DNA from: an uncultured Planctomycetia bacterium
GTDB lineage: Bacteria; Omnitrophota; Gorgyraeia; VGKN01
Direction of reading: 5' to 3'
DNA: 57,636 nt
NCBI GenBank assembly: GCA_964506845.1
Contig: CAZDNS010000005.1
Location: 2,975-60,610 of the forward strand
Made by a program: the position numbers and the translations under genes. Position 1 is the stretch's first letter. Each line of letters starts with the position of its first letter. Of this stretch, positions 1 through 10,227 are shown piece after piece. The notes under the pieces were generated by a model. That model was not told the DNA's origin. It saw nothing but the letters and a program-made list of their open reading frames with translations, and did not search any database.

Positions 1-13
1 TGCTAAAATAAAT

Positions 14-141
14 GAGGGGTCGGAGGGTTTTTTATATGTTTCTCCGACCCCTCATCCCGAGCGAAGCGAGGGATCTCAAAGATCCTTCGGACGACCTCAG
101 GATGAACAGTCGGACAGACGAAAAAAACTCCCCGACTGCTC
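14..141. mobile_element. MITE-like element family A, copy 1 (128 bp, GAG...CTC imperfect terminal inverted repeats, 8-bp TSD AAATAAAT)
   Basis: Left end GAGGGGTCGGAGGGTTTTTT versus reverse complement of the right end GAGCAGTCGGGGAGTTTTTT; AAATAAAT at 6-13 and 142-149; core CGACCCCTCATCCCGAGCGAAGCGAGGGATCTCAAAGATCCTTCGG is identical to the copy at 18397-18517. Confidence 0.8.
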
Positions 142-155
142 AAATAAATATAGAT

Positions 156-1211
156 ATGGCTGAATCAATAAAAGAAATCTTAGAAAACGCGGATATGGCA
201 AATTATCCAAATCACATCGAGATACTGGGGACAGATACTATAGAAAATAGCGACAGCTTATTCGGAAGAGGTTATGCTGAGTATAGAAAAAAATGGGTGG
301 AAAATCCCCAAAATAGAATAGTGGGAGATTTTCCTCTTCATATAGATATTGAATCAACGAATGCCTGTAATCTTAGATGTATTATGTGTTACACCCTGCA
401 ATTAAGGGGTGTTAAGGGTTTAATGGATTTTGGCCTTTTCAAAAGAGTCGTTGATGAAGCCAGACGGTATAAGGTTCCTTCTGTAAAAATAGGCTTCAGG
501 GGGGAGACAACCCTGCATCCGGAGCTTCCGCGGATGATAAAATACGCTAAAGATAAAGGTATTATGGAGGTTCAATTTAATACAAATGGCCTCTTGATAG
601 ATAAAACCTTGGCCAAACAATTGATAGTAGCAGGTACCGATAGAATTATATTTTCTTTAGATGGCTTGCGCCCCCAGACCTATAATAGAATAAGAGTGGG
701 TTCGGATTACAAAACCGTAACTCGTAATATTAAATACCTTGTTAAGCTCAGAAATTCGATGGGGGCTAAGAAGCCTATTGTGCGTATTCAGATGGTTTGT
801 TTTGAGGCAACCAAGGATGAGGTTGTGGATTTTGTGCGTTATTGGAGGAAGCTCGTAAACCGTATTAATCTCATCAGGTATAAAAAGCCTATGACTACAG
901 GTTACGATAGCCGCAGGCTCGCTAATGTCCCTACGCAGAGCGTTCCCTGCCGCCAGTTGTGGCAGAGGCTTGCTGTTTTATGGAACGGTGATGTAGTAAT
1001 GTGCTGCGGTGATTATAAGCCGGATATGGCGGTAGGAAATATCTACAGAGAAAGTCTTGCGGCTATATGGAAGAATAAAAAAATTAAAGCGGTTAGACAG
1101 CTTCATAGCCAGATGAGGATGGATGAAATACCTTTATGCCGCAAATGCGAAATCAATAAGGCCAGCAGAGAAGGAGACTGGTCGTGGTTAATAGGAAAGG
1201 GAAAAAGATGA
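156..1211 (+). CDS. Radical SAM protein with C-terminal SPASM/twitch domain
   Basis: CNLRCIMC motif; C-terminal C..LW...WNGDVVMCC...CRKC; start moved to ATG 156 because 12-155 is repeat-derived. Confidence 0.85.
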   Translation: MAESIKEILENADMANYPNHIEILGTDTIENSDSLFGRGYAEYRKKWVENPQNRIVGDFPLHIDIESTNACNLRCIMCYTLQLRGVKGLMDFGLFKRVVDEARRYKVPSVKIGFRGETTLHPELPRMIKYAKDKGIMEVQFNTNGLLIDKTLAKQLIVAGTDRIIFSLDGLRPQTYNRIRVGSDYKTVTRNIKYLVKLRNSMGAKKPIVRIQMVCFEATKDEVVDFVRYWRKLVNRINLIRYKKPMTTGYDSRRLANVPTQSVPCRQLWQRLAVLWNGDVVMCCGDYKPDMAVGNIYRESLAAIWKNKKIKAVRQLHSQMRMDEIPLCRKCEINKASREGDWSWLIGKGKR

Positions 1212-1945
1212 AAATCTCGGCTGTTATAGTTTCGAGGATGGGTTCATCAAGATTGCCCGGAAAGGCTTTAAGAGAGGTTATGGGAAAACCTCTACTTCAG
1301 CACCTGATAGAAAGGGTTAAGCGAGCAAAGGCAATCAAAGATGTTGTTATTGCCACCACCGTAAATAAGGAAGATGGGGTAATTTTGGAATTGGCAAAGC
1401 GTTGCGCCGTAAATTATTTTACTGGCAGTGAAAATGATGTGCTTGACCGCGTTACAAGGGCGGCAAGGTCAATAAAAACCGACGTTATTGTCCAGATAAA
1501 CGGCGACAGGCCTCTTATAGACCCTTTTGTTATTGACCTTGTTGCTGAAAAATACGTAACCGAAAAGGTTGATTTTGCCTGCAATAATATGAAATCCACA
1601 TTCCCTCGAGGACAGGCTGTTGAGGTTTTTTCAGCGGATTTGATTGAATCTATCGCAGACAGTAATCATGACCCTTTTGTAAGGGAACATGTTACCCTTG
1701 ACTTTTATGAAAACCCCGAGCGATACAGACTCTTGAATGTAGAGGCTCCCTCCCAATGGTATATGCCGGACCTAAGGATTTGCCTTGATACCCAGGAGGA
1801 CCTCGTGCTAATTACGAAGATATGCGAGGAGCTATATCCTAAAAATCCGTATTTTGGGCTTAAGGAGATTATTTCTCTGATTAAAACTAAGCCTGAACTT
1901 AAAGAGATAAATAAAACTACAAGACAAAAGGGCGCCAGGGAGTAG
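1208..1945 (+). CDS. SpsF/NeuA-like cytidylyltransferase family protein
   Basis: SRMGSSRLPGK, GSENDVLDR, GDRPLIDP, REHVT and CLDTQED motifs; ATGA overlap with the upstream gene. Confidence 0.85.
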   Translation: MKISAVIVSRMGSSRLPGKALREVMGKPLLQHLIERVKRAKAIKDVVIATTVNKEDGVILELAKRCAVNYFTGSENDVLDRVTRAARSIKTDVIVQINGDRPLIDPFVIDLVAEKYVTEKVDFACNNMKSTFPRGQAVEVFSADLIESIADSNHDPFVREHVTLDFYENPERYRLLNVEAPSQWYMPDLRICLDTQEDLVLITKICEELYPKNPYFGLKEIISLIKTKPELKEINKTTRQKGARE

Positions 1946-1980
1946 ATAAGGCTAGTTTAATATTTTTATAACTAAATATA

Positions 1981-3534
1981 ATGAGTCAGGATACAGTAAA
2001 GACATTATCAAAAGGTATAGTTTTAAAGAGCCTCTCCAATCAATTGGTTATGTTAGCAGGTCTTGCCATATCAGTCCTGCTGAATAGGCATTATGGAAAA
2101 GAAAATTATGGTTTGGTTGTCTTAACCTATACAATTGTAGGATTTATTACTTCTCTTTCTTCGTTTGGCGTTAAACCAGCGATTAACCGGTTTCTGCCTC
2201 AATATATGAAACTGAATAATTTTAAATCCTGCGCTTCCATTATACTGGTATCATTTTTTTATCAGATAATAGGGCTTATTATATTCAGCCTGCTAATCTT
2301 TTTTTTAAGCAATTTCATTTCTATAACTATATATCATAAAGCAGAGTTAAGGCAATTTTTAATAGCTGCCATTGCCTATATGATAGGGTTATCCTTAAGC
2401 GATTATGTTTTTCAGGTATTTCAAGGCTTGCAGGACTGGAAGAAGGATGCCTTTGCAAATATACTTTATAACTGCTCTTATCTTATATTTATTATAGTCA
2501 TTATATATTGGTTAAAATTACCCATTGTTACTATTTTTTACGCTAATCTATTTGCTGCCCTGATAACTTTTTTTGTTGGAATATCAATAACCCAAAAGAC
2601 TATATCAAGATACTTTACACAGATACCAAAAAAGAGCGTTCTCCTTGCCCAGAGCAAGAAGATATTTGGTTTTAGCTTGCCGCTCACAATCTCGCCCGTC
2701 ACACTGTTTTTAAGCACCTGGTTTGATAAGGCTATTCTGGGAAAATACATTCCCCTGGGCGAGTTGAGCCTCTACTACATCGCGTTTCTATTCTACAACG
2801 CGCTTTTGACGTTTCTTAAAACATTTAATACTGTTTTGCTGCCTTACCTGGCATCCATTTCCAACAGTTTAGATACCGAAATCAAAAGAAAATTTCAGGT
2901 TATATTTCGTTTTTTTATGCATGTTTCTATATTATGTTGCATAATTTCATTTTTTGCAGTCAAGCCCGTTATAGTCTTTTTATATGGCAATGCATATCTT
3001 GAAGCCGTCTTAATTTTTAGGTTTTTTTTGGCGTTGCTCTTTATACGAAGTTTTGGTAATACGCTGGGGATGTTTTCTTTCAATGTTTTTGGCATGACCT
3101 ATCAGCTTGCCCTCTCCGGGATTGTTCTCACTGTTTTAACGATTGCATTAAACATCTTATTGGTGCCTAGTTTAGGATATAGAGGTGCTATATTAGGTAA
3201 TTTCATAGCCTTTTCGATATTTTTAATTGTTTACCTAGTTTTAATGAAGCCTGTTGCTAGGCTGATATCCCTCAATTCTGTAATGAGACTTCTATCTATT
3301 ATTGCTGTTATAAGTGGCGCCTATATGGTTTTAAGGTATTTTGACGTTAGGAATGAATTTATTCTATTTACGGTTTTGATAGGAATGTATGCAGTAATGC
3401 TTAAAGTTTTAACCGAATTGCATAGGAGTGACCTGGATATTATAAAAAAATTCTTCCTTTCTGCGCGGGATCTCGTATTTATACGTTCGCGGCCTGCCAG
3501 ACAGGCAGAGATGAATAATGGCCGCTCAGTATGA
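1981..3534 (+). CDS. Wzx-type polysaccharide flippase
   Basis: Many hydrophobic segments; YGKENYG, FDKAILG..LSLYYIA and LNILLVPSLGYRGA patterns. Confidence 0.85.
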   Translation: MSQDTVKTLSKGIVLKSLSNQLVMLAGLAISVLLNRHYGKENYGLVVLTYTIVGFITSLSSFGVKPAINRFLPQYMKLNNFKSCASIILVSFFYQIIGLIIFSLLIFFLSNFISITIYHKAELRQFLIAAIAYMIGLSLSDYVFQVFQGLQDWKKDAFANILYNCSYLIFIIVIIYWLKLPIVTIFYANLFAALITFFVGISITQKTISRYFTQIPKKSVLLAQSKKIFGFSLPLTISPVTLFLSTWFDKAILGKYIPLGELSLYYIAFLFYNALLTFLKTFNTVLLPYLASISNSLDTEIKRKFQVIFRFFMHVSILCCIISFFAVKPVIVFLYGNAYLEAVLIFRFFLALLFIRSFGNTLGMFSFNVFGMTYQLALSGIVLTVLTIALNILLVPSLGYRGAILGNFIAFSIFLIVYLVLMKPVARLISLNSVMRLLSIIAVISGAYMVLRYFDVRNEFILFTVLIGMYAVMLKVLTELHRSDLDIIKKFFLSARDLVFIRSRPARQAEMNNGRSV

Positions 3535-3650
3535 GCCACACAGAAACCTGCTATGGGAGGCTTTATACCCTCACTATTAAAGAGGGCTATAGTGCATCAA
3601 AAGAATACATGATGAGCTCTAAAAAAATTTCCATAAGAAAAGGGTAAAAA

Positions 3651-4271
3651 ATGTCTAAAATAATCAGGGGATTCCAGAATTTCTTCCATATGCTGGTTAA
3701 ATCAGGGATAAGAGAGACGTTTTTATATGTTTTCTATAGGGTGCGTAATGAATTATGCCGTATGGATTTGATGCTAAAGGGTGTAAGGGTTGGCAAAGAT
3801 AATTTTTATTATGGAAGGGTTGAGGCAATATTTCATAATGGAGGCAGAATAAGTATAGGCGATAAGAATAATTTTGGAAGATTTGTTTTGCTGAAGGTAG
3901 GTCCAAAAGGGGAGATAGTGGTCGGGAATAATTGTACTTTATCAAGGCTATGTTTTCTTCAATCATCTTCAAGAATAGTAATTGAAGATGGTGCTCAAGT
4001 CGCCGCTTTTGTGCATATCATAGATGCCAATCATGATATTAGCGAGAGATATGATCTAAATGTCAGGGAGATTGACAAGATTAAGGATTTTAAAACTTCG
4101 CCGGTTATCATTGGAAGAAATGCCTGGGTAGGTAGCAGCTCTGTAATACTTGCCGGGGTCACAATAGGAGAGGGGGCTGTGGTCGGCGCAGGTTCAGTAG
4201 TAACAAGGGATATCCCGCCTTATTCAATAGCCGTTGGGGTTCCATGCAGGGTAATAAAAATGAGGAAATGA
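3651..4271 (+). CDS. Hexapeptide-repeat (LbH) O-acyltransferase
   Basis: PVIIGRNAWVG...GVTIGEGAVVGAGSVVTRDIP..VGVP. Confidence 0.9.
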   Translation: MSKIIRGFQNFFHMLVKSGIRETFLYVFYRVRNELCRMDLMLKGVRVGKDNFYYGRVEAIFHNGGRISIGDKNNFGRFVLLKVGPKGEIVVGNNCTLSRLCFLQSSSRIVIEDGAQVAAFVHIIDANHDISERYDLNVREIDKIKDFKTSPVIIGRNAWVGSSSVILAGVTIGEGAVVGAGSVVTRDIPPYSIAVGVPCRVIKMRK

Positions 4272-5665
4272 AAGAGCGCATATTATTTAGAAATTTATTT
4301 TTTGGTTTTTTAAGCCATATCAAATATACGGCAATAGCCTATTTTTATGCCCCTTTTACCTTTGTTAGAAGGGTTCTGTTCTGTAAAAATGGAAATGATT
4401 ATAACAGGACCCTTTTCTTAAACCGCTGGGGTTTTATACCCAGAGAGTTGGTTAAAAAGGTTTATGGCAAAAAGACCATATGGATAGATGCACTCTCTGG
4501 CGGAGAAATAACGCAGATAGTAACATTTTGTAAACTATTAAAAGAAAAACTCCCTGATTGCTATGTAATTCTTTCAACGAATAACGATTATTCTATGAAA
4601 TTTGCAAAGAAACACCTCAGAGATTTAGAGTATATATTTGACTCTCCGTGGGATATAAGGTGGGTAGTCAAAAGAGTACTTAAAAAAATAAATCCGCAAG
4701 TCGTAATTTTTGTAGAAGGAGCGTATCTGCCTGTTTTAGCCAGGCAGGCTCACAGAATGAATATAAAGACAGTCCTTGTAAGTGCTCTTATGCGCAAAAA
4801 GTGGCTGCTCCATAATCACTATTTCTACCGAAGATATTTTTTTCTAAAACCCTTTAATAATATCGACTATATTCTCGTTAAGTCTAAATTGGATCGCGAT
4901 TGCCTTGTTGGTTTGAATATAGAGGAAAAGAGAATTTTTATACAAGGGAATTTAAAGTTTGATACCCAATTTTTATCGGTTTCGGACGATGAGGTCTGCT
5001 GTTTGAAAAAAGCCCTGAGGATAGATGAGAATGAATTTGTGCTTGTAGCAGGGAGCGTTCATCCGAAAGAAGAGAGCCTGATTATAGACGCATATCAAGG
5101 CCTGAGGTTAAAGGGTGTCAGGTTGAGGCTTATTATAGTTCCCAGATATAACCATTTTATACCTGATATAGTAAGTAAGCTTAATAGCTATAATTTTCCC
5201 TTCATATTAAGAAGCAATATCCAAAAGGATGGAGTTGATCCTGACAAGGTTGTGATAGTGGACACATTTGGCGAATTGATGTACCTATACGCCTTATCGT
5301 CTATTATAGTAATCGGCGGGAGTTTTTTCCTTCGAAACCCTTGCGGATTCGGCCAGAATATCGTTGAGCCTCTCCTGCATTTTAAACCTATATTTTTTGG
5401 GCCTTATATGGGGCAATTCAAAGAGATTACAGACAGGCTTTTAACTGTATGGGGCGGCATGGAAATACGAAGCTCCGAAGAGCTCAGCAAGAATATTGAG
5501 TGTTTGTTGAATGATAAGTCTCTTTGTCAAAACATAACCTCAAACATAAAGTCGATAGTTTCGGAAAACAGTGAAAGCGCAATAAAAAGTGTTAATTTTA
5601 TAAAAAATACAGTATTGAGTAACGCAAGAATCCCCATTCCTGAAAGCAGAAGATATGTTATTTAA
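4268..5665 (+). CDS. WaaA/KdtA-like (GT30) CMP-sugar transferase
   Basis: IWIDALSGGE, GNLKFD, AGSVHPKEE, IIVPR, IVDTFGELMYLY, GGSF and QNIVEP motifs. Confidence 0.85.
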   Translation: MKERILFRNLFFGFLSHIKYTAIAYFYAPFTFVRRVLFCKNGNDYNRTLFLNRWGFIPRELVKKVYGKKTIWIDALSGGEITQIVTFCKLLKEKLPDCYVILSTNNDYSMKFAKKHLRDLEYIFDSPWDIRWVVKRVLKKINPQVVIFVEGAYLPVLARQAHRMNIKTVLVSALMRKKWLLHNHYFYRRYFFLKPFNNIDYILVKSKLDRDCLVGLNIEEKRIFIQGNLKFDTQFLSVSDDEVCCLKKALRIDENEFVLVAGSVHPKEESLIIDAYQGLRLKGVRLRLIIVPRYNHFIPDIVSKLNSYNFPFILRSNIQKDGVDPDKVVIVDTFGELMYLYALSSIIVIGGSFFLRNPCGFGQNIVEPLLHFKPIFFGPYMGQFKEITDRLLTVWGGMEIRSSEELSKNIECLLNDKSLCQNITSNIKSIVSENSESAIKSVNFIKNTVLSNARIPIPESRRYVI

Positions 5666-7073
5666 CTCGTTACAATTTGCGATATTTTTCTTGATAGTAT
5701 ATAGCCTCTATCTAGGTCTTAACCATAAATGGCAGAATAGAATGTTTTTTGTTGCAAGTTCTATCTTTTATGGAGCCTGGGACTGGAGGTTCTTATCATT
5801 ATTATATATAACTAGTATCATAGATTTCATTTGCGGAATTAAAATATTTAACTCGCAGGATATCAGAAGGAGAAAATTATTCTTAACCCTGAGCATTGTC
5901 AGCAATATGGCCGTGCTTGGGTTTTTTAAATATTTTGACTTTTTTATCTCTAACTTAAACAGCTTATTCGGTTTCTTTGGCATACATATATCTATAGCAG
6001 CTTTGCGTATAATCCTGCCTGTGGGTATCTCATTCTACACCTTTCAAGCGATGAGCTATACTATAGACGTATACAGAGGGAAGTTAGAGCCCACGAGAAA
6101 CCTTATGGATTTTATTCTTTTTGTGACTTTTTTCCCGCAACTGGTAGCAGGCCCAATTGAAAGGGCAAGCCATCTCCTGCCGCAGGTCCTTAAACCAAGA
6201 AAGCTAAGCCTTGATAAGTTTTATGAGGGATGCTACCTGATATTATGGGGATTATTTTTAAAGATGTTTGTGGCTGATAATTTAGCAAGGATTGTTAATC
6301 CTGTGTTTGCGTCCGGCCCTCCCTATGAGGGTATGAAAGTCCTCGTAGCTTTATACGCATTTGCCTTTCAAATATATGGCGATTTTGCCGGATATTCCAG
6401 CATAGCGAGGGGTCTCGGTAAGTGCATGGGATTTGAAATTATGATAAATTTTAACCTGCCTTATTTTTCCACAAATCCATCCGAGTTTTGGAGGAGATGG
6501 CACATAAGTTTATCGAGTTGGCTTAGAGACTACTTATATATACCCTTGGGTGGAAACAGAAAAGGTATTTTTATGACTTTTCGTAATATAATGATAACTA
6601 TGTTCCTCGGAGGCCTCTGGCATGGCGCCAAGTGGACCTTTGTTATCTGGGGCATATATCACGGTGTCCTGCTTGTTGCGCACAGGCTCTTAATCCCTCT
6701 CTTTGCATATATACCGTCATCACCAAAGAACTTTTTAACCAAGAGGGCATGGTTTATCATAAGGGCAATATTTTTCTTTCACCTTACGTGTTTAGGATGG
6801 CTCTTATTCAGAGCGCAGTCTATGCAGCAGGTCTTCAGTATGCTGCAGAGTATATTTTTTAATTTCGGGATTGTGCGTAATACAGGTATAAAATTTATGG
6901 CGTCTATTTTGTGGCTCTTAATAATAATCCAATTAATCCAGTATTGGAAAAATGATTTAATGTTTGTTTATAAAAGGTCTCCCCTTATTACTACAGTTAT
7001 TTACGCCATAATGTTTTACTCAATAGCAGTTTATTCAACCCCAGGATATGAATTTATATACTTCCAATTTTGA
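5655..7073 (+). CDS. MBOAT O-acyltransferase (AlgI/DltB family)
   Basis: LPVGISFYTFQ, FFPQLVAGPIER, FWRRWHISLSSWLRDYLYIPLGG, GLWHGA. Confidence 0.95.
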   Translation: MLFNSLQFAIFFLIVYSLYLGLNHKWQNRMFFVASSIFYGAWDWRFLSLLYITSIIDFICGIKIFNSQDIRRRKLFLTLSIVSNMAVLGFFKYFDFFISNLNSLFGFFGIHISIAALRIILPVGISFYTFQAMSYTIDVYRGKLEPTRNLMDFILFVTFFPQLVAGPIERASHLLPQVLKPRKLSLDKFYEGCYLILWGLFLKMFVADNLARIVNPVFASGPPYEGMKVLVALYAFAFQIYGDFAGYSSIARGLGKCMGFEIMINFNLPYFSTNPSEFWRRWHISLSSWLRDYLYIPLGGNRKGIFMTFRNIMITMFLGGLWHGAKWTFVIWGIYHGVLLVAHRLLIPLFAYIPSSPKNFLTKRAWFIIRAIFFFHLTCLGWLLFRAQSMQQVFSMLQSIFFNFGIVRNTGIKFMASILWLLIIIQLIQYWKNDLMFVYKRSPLITTVIYAIMFYSIAVYSTPGYEFIYFQF

Positions 7074-7092
7074 TGATAGGGTATAAGTTTTC

Positions 7093-8175
7093 ATGAAGAT
7101 ATATATTAAAAATCTGCTGGTTCATTTGATAATATTCTGTTTTGCGTTAGAATGCATAGCCCGCATAGATACCTATATAAAGGCTCGTTTAAGAAATTCC
7201 TCTCTTTCTGCGATACAACAGCAGGACGATATGGGGCTTAAGGGGATAGGATATGGAAGATGGAGGGATATAACGTTAAATAAATATGGTTTTAACGATA
7301 GCGATGATTACGAAAAAGATAAGAAAACACGCGCTGTTAGGATTATGTGTCTGGGCGATTCGGTTACATTCGGCGTACTTACATATCCTTACAACTGGCC
7401 AAATTTTTTAGAGGATATGCTGAGATCAGAGGGTATAGATGCTGAGGTTATAAATGCCGCAACCCCAGGGGTTACATATTCGCAAATTGTTAAGCGTTTT
7501 GAGGCAGAGTATATTGAATTTAGGCCCGATATACTTATCATTTATAAGGATTTCATATCATATATGGCAAAACCGTCGGATCCCGACCCGTTAAATAAAG
7601 ACAGCGTTTTGGGAAAAATATTAGGAAAATCAATATTTGTTAAAAGGTTGCTTGGCAAAGAATCGCCCGATCCGTATAAACGGCTGTTAGCTCAAAGGAA
7701 AAAGATGAAGATAAAAAAAATCAGCGAGGATATTAGCGAAGAGGGCCTCGCGGAATACAGAAAAGACTTAGAACATCTGATACAACTTTGTAAGAATAAT
7801 AATATTACCCTCGTACTTGCGCCCTACACTATTCTTGCCGATGAAGGCAATAAGGATAAATTTATAAGTCATATATACGCGTGTTTGTGTTTTTATCCCT
7901 CTCTAAGCCCCGAAACTCTTATAAAGGGTATCTCCCTATTTAACGCAATTACCCACGAAGTAGCTAAAAAGGAGGATGTTTTATATATTGATACCTCAAA
8001 AGGATTAGAACGCGATGAAATAAATTTTAGAGACAACTTGCATTTAGAGGTTAGAGGCGCAAAACAAGTTGCCAGAAATTATAGCGAGGTATTAAGAGAT
8101 GTTATTAAAAGAAAAATTTTAGCTAAACAAAATAAAACTGTCAACGTTTCTCGTGACGAAATTTACAGAAACTGA
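7093..8175 (+). CDS. SGNH/GDSL-family protein with N-terminal membrane anchor (probable partner of the MBOAT)
   Basis: CLGDSVTFG, VINAATPG, DNLH. Confidence 0.85.
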   Translation: MKIYIKNLLVHLIIFCFALECIARIDTYIKARLRNSSLSAIQQQDDMGLKGIGYGRWRDITLNKYGFNDSDDYEKDKKTRAVRIMCLGDSVTFGVLTYPYNWPNFLEDMLRSEGIDAEVINAATPGVTYSQIVKRFEAEYIEFRPDILIIYKDFISYMAKPSDPDPLNKDSVLGKILGKSIFVKRLLGKESPDPYKRLLAQRKKMKIKKISEDISEEGLAEYRKDLEHLIQLCKNNNITLVLAPYTILADEGNKDKFISHIYACLCFYPSLSPETLIKGISLFNAITHEVAKKEDVLYIDTSKGLERDEINFRDNLHLEVRGAKQVARNYSEVLRDVIKRKILAKQNKTVNVSRDEIYRN

Positions 8176-9106
8176 AAAACTTTACAGGATAGCCTCCAAA
8201 GAATTGAAAGATATGGAAAACTTCTCAGGCCATTTCTTGTATAAAAAGGTAGAAATGCTGAATATTTTTAATGAGATAATGCCTAAAAGAGACGGCGTAT
8301 TCTTAGAGATTGGATGCGGCAATGGTTTTCAGTCGGCATTACTAAGCTGCTTTGCCAAAAAGCTTGTTGCAAGCGACCTCTATTATTTTGACCCTAAGAC
8401 GCATACTATGGGTATGGCTCTTGCAAGGGGTTTAAACAGGCATCTGGGCAGAAAAAATGTAGAGTTTGTCTCGTGCTCTGCAAATAGGCTACCCTTTAAA
8501 CCCAACTCCTTTGATTTTATCCTTATTAATTCAGCTCTTGAGCATATAGAGGATAAGAAAAAGGTTATGGACGAGATATTTTACGCGCTTTCCCCGGGAG
8601 GTATTGTTGTTGTGGGTGTTCCGAACTTTATGACGGATATTTTTTTATTCTTCCATATGTATTTATATGCCGGAAAGAGGGTGTTCGATATTGTCAGCGA
8701 AAGGGTTTTTAAAAAAAAGATAAAAAAAACCAATATATTTGTAGAAGATCATGATAATTCCACAAGGAGCCTGCCTAATATTTGGTCTGCCTTTAGAAAG
8801 AATTATCCCTCATTCCCATTTCCAATGCCCCACGGAGACTGGAGGAATAGAGCGGGAAACTTATCTCTATTCGAGGAATTCAGAAACTCGTTCCCATGGA
8901 AATGGGAACGCTTGCTTAAGGCTTCAAATCTTCATGTCACAAAAACCTTCGCTCTTCTATTTGTGCCCTTTCCCATCTTTGAGCCTTTTTCAACGAGGCT
9001 TTGGATATGGTTTCATAATTCTATAAAACAAATTCATTTCGCAATATGTGATTCGATGCTGAAGTATTTCTCCGTAACCTACTGTCTTATAGGCAAGAAG
9101 GAATAA
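8153..9106 (+). CDS. Class I SAM-dependent methyltransferase
   Basis: FLEIGCGNG, LPFKPNSFD, LEHI, LSPGG. Confidence 0.85.
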   Translation: MTKFTETEKLYRIASKELKDMENFSGHFLYKKVEMLNIFNEIMPKRDGVFLEIGCGNGFQSALLSCFAKKLVASDLYYFDPKTHTMGMALARGLNRHLGRKNVEFVSCSANRLPFKPNSFDFILINSALEHIEDKKKVMDEIFYALSPGGIVVVGVPNFMTDIFLFFHMYLYAGKRVFDIVSERVFKKKIKKTNIFVEDHDNSTRSLPNIWSAFRKNYPSFPFPMPHGDWRNRAGNLSLFEEFRNSFPWKWERLLKASNLHVTKTFALLFVPFPIFEPFSTRLWIWFHNSIKQIHFAICDSMLKYFSVTYCLIGKKE

Positions 9107-9186
9107 CCGCAAAAGTGCAGAATAACCCTGCCTGCCGGCAGGCAGGCGCAAAGGACGCAAAGAAACTTTTGCGTTTCAGCGGTTGC
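9103..9186. repeat. Repeat family B, copy 1 (84 bp; TAACCGC...GCGGTTG ends; internal 20-bp palindrome CCTGCCTGCCGGCAGGCAGG at 9127-9146)
   Basis: Closely similar copies at 21091-21174 and 44153-44237. Confidence 0.85.
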
Positions 9187-9198
9187 AAAGGAGACGCC

Positions 9199-10227
9199 AT
9201 GAAAAAGAAAAAATCACCCCTTAACGTTGGTATAATTGGTTGTGGTTACTGGGGCCCGAATCTGGTAAGGAATTTTAGCGCTGTAGATAATTGTTTCGTA
9301 AAGTATTGTTGCGATCTGGATTCTGACCGTCTTGAATACATGCAGAAACTGTATCCCTTTTTAAAGGTAACCAAAGAATACGAGAGGGTAATCGAGGATG
9401 CGTCTATTGATTCGGTTGTAATTGCTACCCCTGTTTCAACGCATTTCCCGATAGCCCTGAAAGCCCTTGAAGCTGGAAAAAATGTATGGCTTGAAAAGCC
9501 TATGACCGCAAGTGTAAAAGAAGCCCAGATTTTGCTTAAAGAGGCCGAGAAACGCAAATGTTTAATATTTGTAGACCATACCTTCATATACACAGGCGCT
9601 ATAAGAAAGATTAAAGAGATAATAAAGAGCAATGCCCTTGGAAGGATTTTATATTTTGACTCTGTTCGTATAAACCTCGGGCTTTTTCAGCATGATGTCA
9701 ATGTAGTGTGGGACCTTGCCCCTCATGATTTATCCGTTATGGATTATCTATTGGAGAAAACCCCCGTAGGAATCCATGCTACTGGTGTGGGCCATTACAA
9801 TAATGATATAGAGAATATAGCATACTTAAGTTTAAAATTTGATAACGATATGCTGGCGCATTTTCACTTTAACTGGCTCGCCCCTGTAAAAATACGCCGG
9901 ATATTAATATGCGGAAGCGAGAAGATGATTTTATATAATGACACAGAACCCAGCGAAAAGGTAAAGATATTTGACAAAGGGGTCACGGTAAACGAGAAAA
10001 AGAGGGAAAGTTTATATCAAACCCTGGTAAGCTATCGCACAGGGGATGTCTACTCTCCCAAGCTCGATACCAAAGAAGCCCTTAGCTTTGCCTGCGAGCA
10101 TTTTGTGGAGTGTGTAAGCTTGCGAAAGCGCCCTATAACCGACGGCTATGCCGGCCTGAGAGTGGTCAGGATGATAGAGGCTTCTCAGCGCTCTATCAAG
10201 AAAAAAGAACACTGGGAGCCGATATGA
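9199..10227 (+). CDS. Gfo/Idh/MocA oxidoreductase (sugar dehydrogenase)
   Basis: [20 protein letters not shown]; AAGGAG RBS before ATG 9199. Confidence 0.9.
   Translation: MKKKKSPLNVGIIGCGYWGPNLVRNFSAVDNCFVKYCCDLDSDRLEYMQKLYPFLKVTKEYERVIEDASIDSVVIATPVSTHFPIALKALEAGKNVWLEKPMTASVKEAQILLKEAEKRKCLIFVDHTFIYTGAIRKIKEIIKSNALGRILYFDSVRINLGLFQHDVNVVWDLAPHDLSVMDYLLEKTPVGIHATGVGHYNNDIENIAYLSLKFDNDMLAHFHFNWLAPVKIRRILICGSEKMILYNDTEPSEKVKIFDKGVTVNEKKRESLYQTLVSYRTGDVYSPKLDTKEALSFACEHFVECVSLRKRPITDGYAGLRVVRMIEASQRSIKKKEHWEPI

Noticed and set aside
12-155. N-terminal extensions in the ORF track (12-155, 9115-9198, 15540-15590, 36823-36867)
   Set aside because: They are translations of repeat elements; downstream ATGs, three with a clear RBS, fit the protein families better.
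3564-3593. Weak hairpin (TATACCCTC...GAGGGCTATA) between the flippase and acetyltransferase as a terminator
   Set aside because: Imperfect short stem with no U-tract and no second copy.
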